A DNA stretch of 40,062 nucleotides from an uncultured Planctomycetaceae bacterium (GTDB lineage Bacteria > Planctomycetota > Phycisphaerae > SM23-33), in the NCBI GenBank assembly GCA_964388425.1, contig CAYMAP010000001.1, positions 1 through 40,062 of the forward strand, written 5' to 3'. How positions within the stretch are numbered: the stretch's first letter is position 1; every line of letters starts with the position of its first letter. Both the position numbers and the translations under genes were made by a program. Shown here piece after piece: positions 30,668 through 39,536 of the stretch. The notes under the pieces were generated by a model. That model was not told the origin of the DNA, made no database searches, and saw only the letters and a list, made by a program, of their open reading frames with translations.

Positions 30668-31036
30668 ATGAGACCCCTTCTGAAAAAGATCGAGCAACGA
30701 AAACGGCGCAAGAAACACGTCCGCCGGCGGGTGGTCGGTTCGCCCGAACGCCCCCGGCTGACGGTCTTCCGCAGCAACAAGAACATCTACGCCCAGCTGA
30801 TCGACGACGAGGCGGGGCACACGCTGGCCTCGGCGTCGACGACGGAAAAGGCCCTCGGCGGAGAGCTGGACCAGACCGGCGACCAGGGAGCGGCCAAGAA
30901 GGTCGGCCAGGCCATCGCCGCCAAGGCCGCCGAGAAGGGCATCCGCAAAGTGACGTTCGACCGCAACGGCTACCACTTCCACGGGCGCGTCCGCGCCCTG
31001 GCCGAAGGGGCCCGTGAAGGCGGTCTGCAATTTTAG
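30668..31036 (+). CDS. rplR: 50S ribosomal protein L18
   Basis: [12 protein letters not shown]...[19 protein letters not shown]...[29 protein letters not shown] 30668 has AGGTG 6 nt upstream. An alternative GTG lies at 30659. Confidence 0.95.
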   Translation: MRPLLKKIEQRKRRKKHVRRRVVGSPERPRLTVFRSNKNIYAQLIDDEAGHTLASASTTEKALGGELDQTGDQGAAKKVGQAIAAKAAEKGIRKVTFDRNGYHFHGRVRALAEGAREGGLQF

Positions 31037-31066
31037 CCAAGCCGACAGCCAGGCAAGGAGCAACAC

Positions 31067-31588
31067 GTGGCGCTGCAGATCAGAGATAGCCAAGGCGATT
31101 TCACCGAAGAAGGTGGGATTGAGGATAACGTCGTGCAGATTTACCGCTGCTCGAAGGTCGTCAAAGGCGGCAGGCGGTTCAGCTTTGCTGCTCTTGTCGT
31201 CGTCGGCGACCATCGGGGCAAGGTCGGTCTGGGCTACGGCAAAGCCAACGAGGTGCCCCAGGCCGTCGAAAAAGGCCGCGCCGTCGCCATCAAGAACATG
31301 TTCGATGTGGCCATGCGGGGCAGCACGATCCCGCACGAGGTCATCGGTCGATCCGGTGCCAGCCAGGTCGTCCTCGTCCCTGCTTCCGAGGGCACGGGCG
31401 TGATCGCGGGCAAGAAAATCCGTCCGCTGTTCGAGCTGGCCGGCATCGGGAATCTGCTGACCAAGGCGTACGGCTCGACGAGCCCGAAGAACCTGCTCAA
31501 GGCCGGCGTGATGGCTTTGAAAAAACTGCGAACCGCCCAGCAGGTCCAGGAACTCCGCGGCGTGGAGGTGCGACATCATGAAGGTTGA
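31067..31588 (+). CDS. rpsE: 30S ribosomal protein S5
   Basis: GTG start with AAGGAG upstream. VVKGGRRFSFAALVVVGDHRGKVGLGYGKANEVPQA. It overlaps rplO by 11 nt. Confidence 0.96.
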   Translation: MALQIRDSQGDFTEEGGIEDNVVQIYRCSKVVKGGRRFSFAALVVVGDHRGKVGLGYGKANEVPQAVEKGRAVAIKNMFDVAMRGSTIPHEVIGRSGASQVVLVPASEGTGVIAGKKIRPLFELAGIGNLLTKAYGSTSPKNLLKAGVMALKKLRTAQQVQELRGVEVRHHEG

Positions 31589-32162
31589 CGAGATACTCGC
31601 CCTGGCGACTCCCCGAAAGGGCCGAAAACGGCTTGGGCGCGGCGACGGGTCCGGGTTGGGCAAGACCTCAGGCCGGGGCCACAAGGGCTACGGCGCCCGA
31701 AGCGGCGCGAAGAAACGTCTCGGCTACGAGGGCGGGCAAACCCCGCAAATTTCGCGTGTGCCCAAGCGCGGGTTCAACAACGCCAACTACCGCACCGTGT
31801 TCCAGGTCGTCAACCTCGACGCCCTCCAGGAGCGTTTCGACGACGGCGCGACCGTCAATGCCGAAACCCTCGTGGAGGTCGGCCTGATCCACGACGCCGA
31901 CAAGCCGGTGAAAATTCTCGGCCAGGGCGAATTGAGCAAGAAGCTCACCGTCACGGCGGAGAAGCTCTCAGCCTCGGCAGCGGCGAAGATCACCGCCGCC
32001 GGCGGGACTGTCGAAGGCACGGTCTCGGAAGGGCGCGACACCCCGGCCGGGGAGGTTCCTGTTGAGGAAGCTCCCGCGAAGTCTGGAGACGCTCAGGCCG
32101 ACGCGAACGACAAAGCCGACAGCGAAACGACCGAAGAGAAGGACGACAAGACGACCGACTGA
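31578..32162 (+). CDS. rplO: 50S ribosomal protein L15 with an acidic C-terminal tail
   Basis: RLGRGDGSGLGKTSGRGHKG...EGGQTPQISRVPKRGF. The tail is ...EEAPAKSGDAQADANDKADSETTEEKDDKTTD. Confidence 0.96.
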   Translation: MKVDEILALATPRKGRKRLGRGDGSGLGKTSGRGHKGYGARSGAKKRLGYEGGQTPQISRVPKRGFNNANYRTVFQVVNLDALQERFDDGATVNAETLVEVGLIHDADKPVKILGQGELSKKLTVTAEKLSASAAAKITAAGGTVEGTVSEGRDTPAGEVPVEEAPAKSGDAQADANDKADSETTEEKDDKTTD

Positions 32163-32189
32163 CGGACCGTATGAAAAGGACTGACTGAC

Positions 32190-33953
32190 GTGGGTTATCC
32201 AATTACACGCATGGCAACCGGCCTGATCCTGATCCTCGCCGCGGTGTGGATCGGCTCGGCCGGTGTACAGGCCGACGGAACCTGGATGTCCGTCGAGGCT
32301 CTCTCGGCCCTGCCGCTGGGGTTGGTGGGCCTGGCGCTGCTGCTGCGCAAGGTCCGGGCGTTCGACCTGTTCCGCTGGGCGGTCGGCGGGGTGCTGGGCA
32401 CGCTGGTCGTGCAACTCGCCGGCGGGGGCATTGCGACCCTCCTGGAGGCCCGAAGCGGAGCGGCCGAAGCCACCGGCTCCCTCGCCGGAGCCGTCACCGC
32501 CGTCGTCGGGTCGCTGATTATCCTCGGCGTCTACTACTACGCCCTCTGGTCGGCCTCGGGCATCCGACGGGTCATGGAGAACATCTTCTCCATTCCCGAA
32601 CTGCTCGGCAAGCTCGTCTTCACGCTGGTCCTGCTGGCGATTTACCGTATCGGGTTCCACGTCCCTCTGCCGGGCGTCAACCAGGACGCCCTCAGCCAGC
32701 TTGCCCAATCCCAGCAGTCCGGGCTGTTCGGCCAGGCGATGGCGTACTTCAGCATGTTCACCGGCGGGAGCCTTCAGCAGAGTACGCTCTTCGGGCTGGG
32801 CATCATGCCCTACATCTCCGCGAGCATTATCTTCACGCTGTTGACACAGGTGATCCCCTCGCTGGAGAAGCTCCAGAAGGAAGGCCCGGCCGGTCAGAAG
32901 AAAATCCAGGAATACACCCGCTACGCCACCGTCGGGCTTTGCCTCGTGCAGTCCATCTTCTGGATGCGGTACATGATGACCGCCCAGATTCAGGGCGAGA
33001 GCCTGATTTACCCCGAATGGCAGGGCAGTTCGCTGGTCTTCCTGACCGGCGTGATCGGGCTGACGACGGGGACGATTTTCCTGATGTGGCTTGGCGAGCA
33101 GATCGACGAGTACGGGATCGGCAACGGCATCAGCCTGCTGATTATGGCCGGGATTGTCGTTCGGCTGCCGGCGGCGATTCGACAACTGTTCAGCAACGCG
33201 GACCTGACGCTGACCGGCGGGGAAGGGCAGATCGGCCCGGGCAAGATACTGTTCCTCGGCTTTTCGTTCGTCTTCGTCGTCGCCGGGGCCATCCTCATCA
33301 CCCAGGGCCAGCGACGGATTCCCATTCAGCAGGCCAAGCAGACCCGGGGCCGGCGGGTCTACGGCGGGCAACGCCACTACATGCCCCTCCGCGTCAACCA
33401 CGGCGGAGTCATGCCGATCATTTTTGCCAGTTCGCTGATGATCTTCCCGAACCTCCTGGCCGGCTGGCTGTACCAGAAGTGGGGCACCGGCGGCGGATTC
33501 CTGAGCGATTTTCTCTTCCTGATGCGCGACGGACTCGAACAGGGGGCGTTCCTGCATACCCTGTTGTACATCGGAATGATCTTTTTCTTCGCCTACTTCT
33601 GGACGACCGTCAATTTCCGCCCGAAGGACATGGCCGACCAGTTGCGGGATTACGGGCACTTCATTCCGGGCCTGCGACCGGGCAAACGGACGGCAGACTA
33701 TCTCGAACGCGTCATGGAGCGGATCACCTACTGCGGTGCGGCGTTCCTGGCCGTCATCGCGGTGCTGCCGACCGTCATCGCGGTCCGGCTGAACATCCCG
33801 TTCCAGATTTCCGCGTTCCTCGGCGGGACGGGCCTGCTGATTATGGTCTCGGTCACTCTGGACCTCGTCCAGCGGATCGAGGCGAATCTGGTGATGCGAA
33901 ACTACGGCGGCTTCCTCGGCGGCAGCAGCCGAATCAAAGGAGCGTACCGGTAA
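32190..33953 (+). CDS. secY: Preprotein translocase subunit SecY, apparently with an N-terminal hydrophobic extension of about 128 aa
   Basis: The canonical SecY begins at MENIFSIPELLGKLVFTLVLLAIYRIGFHVPLPGVN (ATG 32574), with GIMPYISASII and other motifs. The same frame is open from GTG 32190 / ATG 32211 and looks coding. Gene identity is high confidence. The start is uncertain: 32190, 32211 or 32574. Confidence 0.85.
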   Translation: MGYPITRMATGLILILAAVWIGSAGVQADGTWMSVEALSALPLGLVGLALLLRKVRAFDLFRWAVGGVLGTLVVQLAGGGIATLLEARSGAAEATGSLAGAVTAVVGSLIILGVYYYALWSASGIRRVMENIFSIPELLGKLVFTLVLLAIYRIGFHVPLPGVNQDALSQLAQSQQSGLFGQAMAYFSMFTGGSLQQSTLFGLGIMPYISASIIFTLLTQVIPSLEKLQKEGPAGQKKIQEYTRYATVGLCLVQSIFWMRYMMTAQIQGESLIYPEWQGSSLVFLTGVIGLTTGTIFLMWLGEQIDEYGIGNGISLLIMAGIVVRLPAAIRQLFSNADLTLTGGEGQIGPGKILFLGFSFVFVVAGAILITQGQRRIPIQQAKQTRGRRVYGGQRHYMPLRVNHGGVMPIIFASSLMIFPNLLAGWLYQKWGTGGGFLSDFLFLMRDGLEQGAFLHTLLYIGMIFFFAYFWTTVNFRPKDMADQLRDYGHFIPGLRPGKRTADYLERVMERITYCGAAFLAVIAVLPTVIAVRLNIPFQISAFLGGTGLLIMVSVTLDLVQRIEANLVMRNYGGFLGGSSRIKGAYR

Positions 33954-34621
33954 TGCGAATTGTACTGATGGGACCGCCCGGTGCCGGCAAAGGCACGCAG
34001 GCCAAGCGGCTGGTCGACGAGTTCGGCATGACGCACCTGTCGAGCGGAGACATTTTCCGCGCTGAAAAAGCCTCCGGCAGCGAGCTGGGCCGGAAACTCG
34101 GCGAGATCATGGCCACCGGCGCGCTGGTTCCCGACGACATGGTTGTCGAGATCATGGCCAAGGCCGTCGCGAATGTCGACGGCGGACTCCTGCTGGACGG
34201 GTTTCCGCGCACCGTTGCCCAGGCCGAGGCTCTCGACGAGACGCTCCGAGAGATCGGCAAGCCCCTCGACGCGGTTCTTCTGATCACCGCCGACGACGAG
34301 GCGATCGTCGAGCGGATCACCGGTCGGCGAAGCTGCCCGGAGTGCGGCAAAGGCTTCCACGTCAAGTACATGCCCTCCGAAAAGGGCCGGCACTGCGACG
34401 AACACGACGAAGACATCCCGCTGCAGCAGCGCGAAGACGACCGCGAAGAGACGGTCCGCGAGCGCTTGGCGGCGTACAAGAAGCAGACCGAGCCGGTCAT
34501 CGCCTACTACCGCGGCAAGGACGACGTGAAGGTCGTCGAGGTCGACGGCATGCAGAAGCCCGATGACGTGACGGCAGACCTGGTCAAGGCGGTCCGTGAG
34601 CTGGGTTCCCAGGCCTGCTGA
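33953..34621 (+). CDS. adk: Adenylate kinase
   Basis: MRIVLMGPPGAGKGTQAKRL (P-loop), LLLDGFPRT, and lid CPECG...CDEHD. The ATG overlaps the secY stop (TAATG). Confidence 0.97.
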   Translation: MRIVLMGPPGAGKGTQAKRLVDEFGMTHLSSGDIFRAEKASGSELGRKLGEIMATGALVPDDMVVEIMAKAVANVDGGLLLDGFPRTVAQAEALDETLREIGKPLDAVLLITADDEAIVERITGRRSCPECGKGFHVKYMPSEKGRHCDEHDEDIPLQQREDDREETVRERLAAYKKQTEPVIAYYRGKDDVKVVEVDGMQKPDDVTADLVKAVRELGSQAC

Positions 34622-34625
34622 AACC

Positions 34626-35402
34626 GTGCCGATACGTCTGAAACATCACGACCAGATCGAGGCCATGCGAGCCGCCGGGCAGATTGTCCGGGAGGTTCTG
34701 GATCGCCTGAGCGAAATGATTCGCCCGGGCCTGACAACTGAAGAAATGGATGCCGAGGCCCGGCGGATCACGGCCGACTGCGGCGCGGAGTGCCTTTTCC
34801 TGGGCGTACCCAGCCGATCCGGCGGGCAGCCGTTCCCGGGAAGCATCTGCGCGTCGATCAACGAGGAAGTGGTCCACGGGATTCCGTCGGCGGATCGCAT
34901 GCTCCGCCAGGGCGATATTCTCAGCGTGGACTTCGGAGTCCGGCTGAACGGCTGGTGCGGCGACGCGGCACGGACGTTCCTTGTCGGCGAGGTCGACCCG
35001 CAGGTCCACCGGCTGGTCGACACGACGCGGCACGCCCTGGAGATCGCCGTGCAACTGATCCGACCGGGCGGGCTGTGGTCCGGCGTCGCCGGTGCCATGG
35101 AACAGATGGTCCGTGACGCGGGGTTCTCGGTGATCGAGGACTTTGTGGGCCACGGCATCGGCAAGGACATGCACGAAGACCCGAAAGTACCGAACTTCGT
35201 GTCACGCGACCTGAAGAAGCGCGACATCCAGCTCAAGCCCGGGCTGGTCCTGGCGGTCGAGCCGATGGTGAACCTCGGCGGCAAGAGCGTCAAGGTCCGC
35301 AAGGACGGCTGGACGGTCGTCACCGCCGACGGCAAGCCCAGCGCCCACTGGGAACACACCATCGCGGTGACCGAGGACGGCGTGACGGTCCTGACGGCGT
35401 AG
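34626..35402 (+). CDS. map: Type I methionine aminopeptidase
   Basis: Start at GTG 34626 gives (M)[20 protein letters not shown], which aligns with E. coli AISIKTPEDIEKMRVAG. Metal ligands are in [19 protein letters not shown], and EPMV...WEHT. An alternative upstream GTG at 34596 would overlap adk. Confidence 0.93.
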   Translation: MPIRLKHHDQIEAMRAAGQIVREVLDRLSEMIRPGLTTEEMDAEARRITADCGAECLFLGVPSRSGGQPFPGSICASINEEVVHGIPSADRMLRQGDILSVDFGVRLNGWCGDAARTFLVGEVDPQVHRLVDTTRHALEIAVQLIRPGGLWSGVAGAMEQMVRDAGFSVIEDFVGHGIGKDMHEDPKVPNFVSRDLKKRDIQLKPGLVLAVEPMVNLGGKSVKVRKDGWTVVTADGKPSAHWEHTIAVTEDGVTVLTA

Positions 35403-35422
35403 TGCGTCTGTGGATTTGTGGA

Positions 35423-35518
35423 GCACAGTCGCCCCGGCTGTGGATGGATGCGTCCATAAAACAGAACAGGACTCAGCCGAGGGCGGCTGAGTTCCATGGT
35501 TCCAGCCGAGGCCGGCTG
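35423..35518. repeat. Composite REP-like element (family B plus two family C hairpins) in the map-rpmJ spacer
   Basis: GCACAGTCGCCCCGGCTGTGGA at 35423-35444, CTCAGCCG-AGGG-CGGCTGAG at 35472-35491, and CAGCCG-AGGC-CGGCTG at 35503-35518. Order and orientation match 24509-24585. Confidence 0.75.
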
Positions 35519-35593
35519 AACCACGCCAACGGACGGCTTTTCGGGCGAGGCCCGACAAACGAAACGACGAACGAAAGCAACGGGAGTCATCCC

Positions 35594-35707
35594 ATGAAGG
35601 TACGAAGCTCCGTCAAACAGATTTGCGAACATTGCAGGATCATCCGGCGCAAAGGCGTGGTACGGGTGATCTGCACGAACCCCAAGCATAAGCAGCGCCA
35701 GGGCTGA
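35594..35707 (+). CDS. rpmJ: 50S ribosomal protein L36 (zinc-binding form)
   Basis: [37 protein letters not shown], 37 aa. GGGAG lies upstream. Confidence 0.95.
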   Translation: MKVRSSVKQICEHCRIIRRKGVVRVICTNPKHKQRQG

Positions 35708-35775
35708 CCGGCTGCGGGCCGGTCGGACGACAACGTCCGCCCGCTTCCGCAAGCCGCCCGGCAAGGAGAATTCAG

Positions 35776-36159
35776 ATGCCACGTGTAGCGGGTGTCGACA
35801 TTCCGGACAACAAACCCACGCGGATCGCCCTGACGTACATTTACGGGATCGGCCCGAAGTACGCCGGCGACATCTGCGAGCAGCTTGGGCTGGACGGGCA
35901 GGTCCGCGCCAAGGACCTCACCGAGGACCAGCTCAGCCGAATCGCCAGCACGCTGTCCAGCGATTACACCGTCGAGGGGCAGTTGCGTCGGCAGCATCAG
36001 CAGAATATCGCCCGGCTGCGTGACATCAACAGCTACCGCGGGCTGCGTCACCGTCGGGGCCTGCCCGCCCATGGGCAGCGGACCAAGACCAACGCCCGTA
36101 CGCGGAAGGGCCCGCGGAAGACCGTCGCCGGCAAGCGCTCGGTCAAGGAAATGCGCTAA
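35776..36159 (+). CDS. rpsM: 30S ribosomal protein S13
   Basis: MPRVAGVDIPDNKPTRIALTYIYGIG...YRGLRHRRGLPAHGQRTKTNARTRKG. Confidence 0.97.
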   Translation: MPRVAGVDIPDNKPTRIALTYIYGIGPKYAGDICEQLGLDGQVRAKDLTEDQLSRIASTLSSDYTVEGQLRRQHQQNIARLRDINSYRGLRHRRGLPAHGQRTKTNARTRKGPRKTVAGKRSVKEMR

Positions 36160-36210
36160 CCGGAAACCGACAGCGGGTCGATCATACGATCGGCCGGGAG
36201 ACAGCACGAG

Positions 36211-36594
36211 ATGGCCCAGTCCAAAGGCAAGAAAGTCAAGAAGCACGTCACGCGGGGCATCGTCCACGTCCGCGCGACGTTCAACAACACGCGCATCACG
36301 ATTACCGACACGAACGGCGACGTGCTGAGCAGCGAGTCCGCCGGTTCGGTCGGCGGGTTCAAGGGCTCGCGCAAGAGCACGCCCTTCGCCGCCGGTCGCG
36401 CCGCTGAAGCCGCCGCCCAGAAGGCCCGTAAAATGGGCCTGGTCGAGGTCGAGGTCAAGGTCAAGGGCCCCGGCAGCGGGCGGGAGCAGGCGATCATGGC
36501 CCTGCAGTCCGCCGGCCTGAAGGTGCTCAGCATCGAGGACATCACGCCCATCCCCCACAACGGATGCAGGCCCAGAAAGAAACGGCGCGTCTGA
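36211..36594 (+). CDS. rpsK: 30S ribosomal protein S11
   Basis: [24 protein letters not shown]...[13 protein letters not shown]...[17 protein letters not shown]. Confidence 0.97.
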   Translation: MAQSKGKKVKKHVTRGIVHVRATFNNTRITITDTNGDVLSSESAGSVGGFKGSRKSTPFAAGRAAEAAAQKARKMGLVEVEVKVKGPGSGREQAIMALQSAGLKVLSIEDITPIPHNGCRPRKKRRV

Positions 36595-36625
36595 GGACGC
36601 CCAGCTTACCAGCCAAGGAGCTACG

Positions 36626-37249
36626 ATGGGACGGTATATCGGCCCGACAGATCGACTCAGCCGACGCGAAGGCGTCAACCTCATGCTCAAGGGATCCCGT
36701 GCGCTGAGCGGCAAGAGCGAGCGGCGACTCCAGGTCCCCCCCGGCATGCATAACTGGCGGCGGGGACGGATCAGCGACTACGGCCTGAGGCTTCGCGAGA
36801 AGCAGAAGCTCAAACGCTACTACGGCGTGCGGGACAGGCAGTTCATGAACCTTTTCCACAAGGCCAACCGCACCAAGGGCGCGACCGGAACGGTCCTGCT
36901 GGGCCTGCTGGAACGCCGCCTCGATAACGTCGTCTACAAGCTGGGCATGGCCCAGTCCCGCCCCGAGGCCCGGCAGACGGTCGTCCACGGACACATCCAC
37001 GTCAACGGCCGACGGGTCAACGTCCCAAGCTACCAGGTCTCCCTGGGCGACAAGATCACCGTCAAGCCGTCGGATAAATCCCAGAAGCTCATTCGGGCCC
37101 GCCTGGAAGAACTCGGCGAGCCCCGCCTGCAGAACTGGCTGACGCTGGACATGAGCCAACTCGTCGGCGAAGTCGTCGCCCTGCCCACGCGGGACGATGT
37201 CATGATCCCTGTCGAAGAAAACCTAATCATCGAGTTCTGCAGCCGATAA
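36626..37249 (+). CDS. rpsD: 30S ribosomal protein S4
   Basis: MGRYIGP...LREKQKLKRYYGV...LERRLDNVVYKLGMAQSRPEARQTVVHGHIHVNGRRVNVPSY. Confidence 0.97.
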   Translation: MGRYIGPTDRLSRREGVNLMLKGSRALSGKSERRLQVPPGMHNWRRGRISDYGLRLREKQKLKRYYGVRDRQFMNLFHKANRTKGATGTVLLGLLERRLDNVVYKLGMAQSRPEARQTVVHGHIHVNGRRVNVPSYQVSLGDKITVKPSDKSQKLIRARLEELGEPRLQNWLTLDMSQLVGEVVALPTRDDVMIPVEENLIIEFCSR

Positions 37250-37304
37250 CACACAAACGAACGAACCTTTACCCAGCAGTCCGATACGGACGGAGGCACG
37301 ATAT

Positions 37305-38351
37305 ATGCGAATCCGATGGCGCGGCCTGGAATTGCCGACACGCGTGGTCAACGATCAGGCGGTCTCGACGCCCACTTACGGGAAATTCACCATCGAACCT
37401 TTCGAACGCGGGTTCGGAACCACGGTGGGCAACTCGCTGCGACGCATCCTGCTGTCCAGCCTGGAAGGTGCTGCCGTCACGAGCGTCAAAATCGCCAATG
37501 CCGGCCACGAATTCACCTCGATCCCGGGCGTCATGGAGGATGTCACCGACATCATCCTGAACGTCAAGGGATTGACCCTCAAGGCCCATACCGAAGAACC
37601 CCGCACCCTGCACGTCCGAAGCAACGTCAAGGGCCTCGTCACCGCTGACATGATCGACCCCGACCCGTCCATCGAAATCATCAACGGCGAACTGGTCCTG
37701 GCGACGCTGACCGACAACGTCCCGTTCGAGATGGAACTCGAGATCGAAACCGGACGCGGGTACATCCCCGTCGAGGAAAAGATCGATCCCGAAGACGATC
37801 AGGAACTCGGGCGGATCGACGTCGACGCCTACTACTCCCCGGTCACCCGTGTTCGCTACGCCACCGAGGACACCCGCGTCGGGCAGAAGGTCAATTACGA
37901 TCGGCTGCAACTGGAGATCTGGACCAACGGCACGATCACGCCGGAAATGGCCATGGTCGAAGCGGCCAAGATTCTCCGCAAGCACCTCAACCCCTTCGTG
38001 CAGTACTTCGAGATGGGCGAGCAGATCATCGAGACCGGCACGCCCGAACCGGGCCAGGAGTTTGACAGCGAACTGCAGCGCAAACTCTCCTTGCCCATCC
38101 AGGAACTGGAACTCAGCGTTCGGGCCGCCAACTGCCTCGAATCGGCCAAGATCGAAACCGTCGGCCATCTGGTCAACATGAACGAGGCCGAACTGCTGAA
38201 AATCCGCAGCTTCGGCAAGACCTCCCTCCGCGAGGTCAAGCGGAAGCTCTCGGACATGGGCATGAGCCTCGGCATGGGCGTACCCCTGCCCGAACCCCTC
38301 GTCCCGGAAGACGAAGAGGACGAGGAAGACATCGAGGACATCGAAGAATAA
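37305..38351 (+). CDS. rpoA: DNA-directed RNA polymerase subunit alpha (with an acidic C-terminal tail)
   Basis: GKFTIEPFERGFGTTVGNSLRRILLSSLEGAAVT. The CTD reads LELSVRAANCLESAKIETVGHLV...LKIRSFGKTSLREVKRKL. The tail is PEDEEDEEDIEDIEE. Confidence 0.97.
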   Translation: MRIRWRGLELPTRVVNDQAVSTPTYGKFTIEPFERGFGTTVGNSLRRILLSSLEGAAVTSVKIANAGHEFTSIPGVMEDVTDIILNVKGLTLKAHTEEPRTLHVRSNVKGLVTADMIDPDPSIEIINGELVLATLTDNVPFEMELEIETGRGYIPVEEKIDPEDDQELGRIDVDAYYSPVTRVRYATEDTRVGQKVNYDRLQLEIWTNGTITPEMAMVEAAKILRKHLNPFVQYFEMGEQIIETGTPEPGQEFDSELQRKLSLPIQELELSVRAANCLESAKIETVGHLVNMNEAELLKIRSFGKTSLREVKRKLSDMGMSLGMGVPLPEPLVPEDEEDEEDIEDIEE

Positions 38352-38419
38352 CCCGTTGCCGGTCTACCACCGGCAGCCCAGAGACACCCGTTCCCCGCGG
38401 GCGTTACGCGAGCGATACC

Positions 38420-39034
38420 ATGCGTCATCGAGTTGCAGGAAAACAGCTTTCACGGACCGGCAGCCATCGAAGGGCGATGCGGCGGAACATGGCCGCCAGC
38501 CTCTTCCAGCACGGCGCGATCCGCACCACCGAAACCAAGGCCAAGGAGCTTCGCGGCTATGTCGAGAAGCTCATCACCACCGCCAAGAAGGGCACACTTA
38601 CGGCGCGCCGGGAGGTCCTCAAGGAACTCCGCAATCGCGAGCTGTTCGTCTTTGACGAGACCGAGGGCGACTACGTCCCGGACGAGAAGACCATCGTCCA
38701 GAAGCTCTTCGAGGACATTGCCCCCCGCTACGCCGACCGACCGGGCGGGTACACGCGGATCATCAGGCTGGCGGACCGCCGCATCGGCGACGCGGGCGTG
38801 CAGGTCGTCCTCCAGCTCGTCGAGGAAGACGCTCAGGGCGAAGGCGGCGGCTCGGGCCGACGCAAACGCCGCGCCCAGAAACGGCATGAGGCCGCAAAAA
38901 ATGCGCGCACCGCATCCTCGACCGCATCCGCCGAGGTACCGGCGGAGGAATCCGTCGGAGCCGAACTGGCCGAAGAGCCCCAGATCGACTCGGCCGATGA
39001 GGCCCAGGCCCACGAGAACGAGAAAACCGAATGA
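38420..39034 (+). CDS. rplQ: 50S ribosomal protein L17 with a low-complexity C-terminal extension of about 70 aa
   Basis: MRHRVAGKQLSRTGSHRRAMRRNMAASLFQHGAIRTTETKAKELR...GGYTRIIRL. Confidence 0.96.
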   Translation: MRHRVAGKQLSRTGSHRRAMRRNMAASLFQHGAIRTTETKAKELRGYVEKLITTAKKGTLTARREVLKELRNRELFVFDETEGDYVPDEKTIVQKLFEDIAPRYADRPGGYTRIIRLADRRIGDAGVQVVLQLVEEDAQGEGGGSGRRKRRAQKRHEAAKNARTASSTASAEVPAEESVGAELAEEPQIDSADEAQAHENEKTE

Positions 39035-39116
39035 CGCCCGCCGGGAACGGCGCCTCGCACGGAGGGGGTCGTTGTTCTTCTCCGACGCAATCCTCGCCTC
39101 AACAGGGAGATCGGTC

Positions 39117-39536
39117 ATGCACACCGACCCGAACTGCATTTTCTGCAAGATCGTCGCCGGCAAGGTACCCTGCGCGAAACTCCTCGAAGACGACCACGCC
39201 CTGGCATTCGTGGACATCGGCCCGCTGACCGAGGGCCATTCCCTGCTGATCCCCAAGGAGCACGTCGAGACGCTTGACGCGCTGTCGGCGGAGTCTGCCG
39301 GAGCGGTGCTGCGGCACCTGCCCGCTCTGGGCCGGGCCGTCCGGCAGGCTGTCGGGGCCGAGGGCCTCAACATCCTCCAGAACAACGGCAAGGTCGCCGG
39401 GCAACTCGTCCCCCACGTCCACTTTCACCTGATCCCCCGCACGACCGGCGATGCGTTCCAGTTCAACTGGCCGGCCGGGGAATATCCCCAGGGCCGTCTC
39501 GACGAACTCGCCGAGGCCATACGGAAGGCATTATGA
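39117..39536 (+). CDS. HIT-family (histidine triad) nucleotide hydrolase
   Basis: [12 protein letters not shown]... and the histidine triad [15 protein letters not shown] lies upstream. The stop overlaps the next ATG (ATGA). Confidence 0.9.
   Translation: MHTDPNCIFCKIVAGKVPCAKLLEDDHALAFVDIGPLTEGHSLLIPKEHVETLDALSAESAGAVLRHLPALGRAVRQAVGAEGLNILQNNGKVAGQLVPHVHFHLIPRTTGDAFQFNWPAGEYPQGRLDELAEAIRKAL

Noticed and set aside
32246-34621. A 791-aa + strand ORF spanning secY and adk.
   Set aside because: Only the last 222 codons (from ATG 33953) are real and encode adenylate kinase. The upstream part is an out-of-frame read-through over secY and translates to Arg/Pro/Gly-rich nonsense.
38433-39536. A 367-aa + strand ORF overlapping rplQ.
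   Set aside because: Only the C-terminal 139 codons (ATG 39117) form the HIT protein. The upstream part is an alternative frame of rplQ with junk composition. The same logic applies to 28178-28852 (only rplX from 28514), 35402-35707 (only rpmJ from 35594), 3932-5248 (tuf from 4043) and 22428-22832 (rpsJ from 22518).
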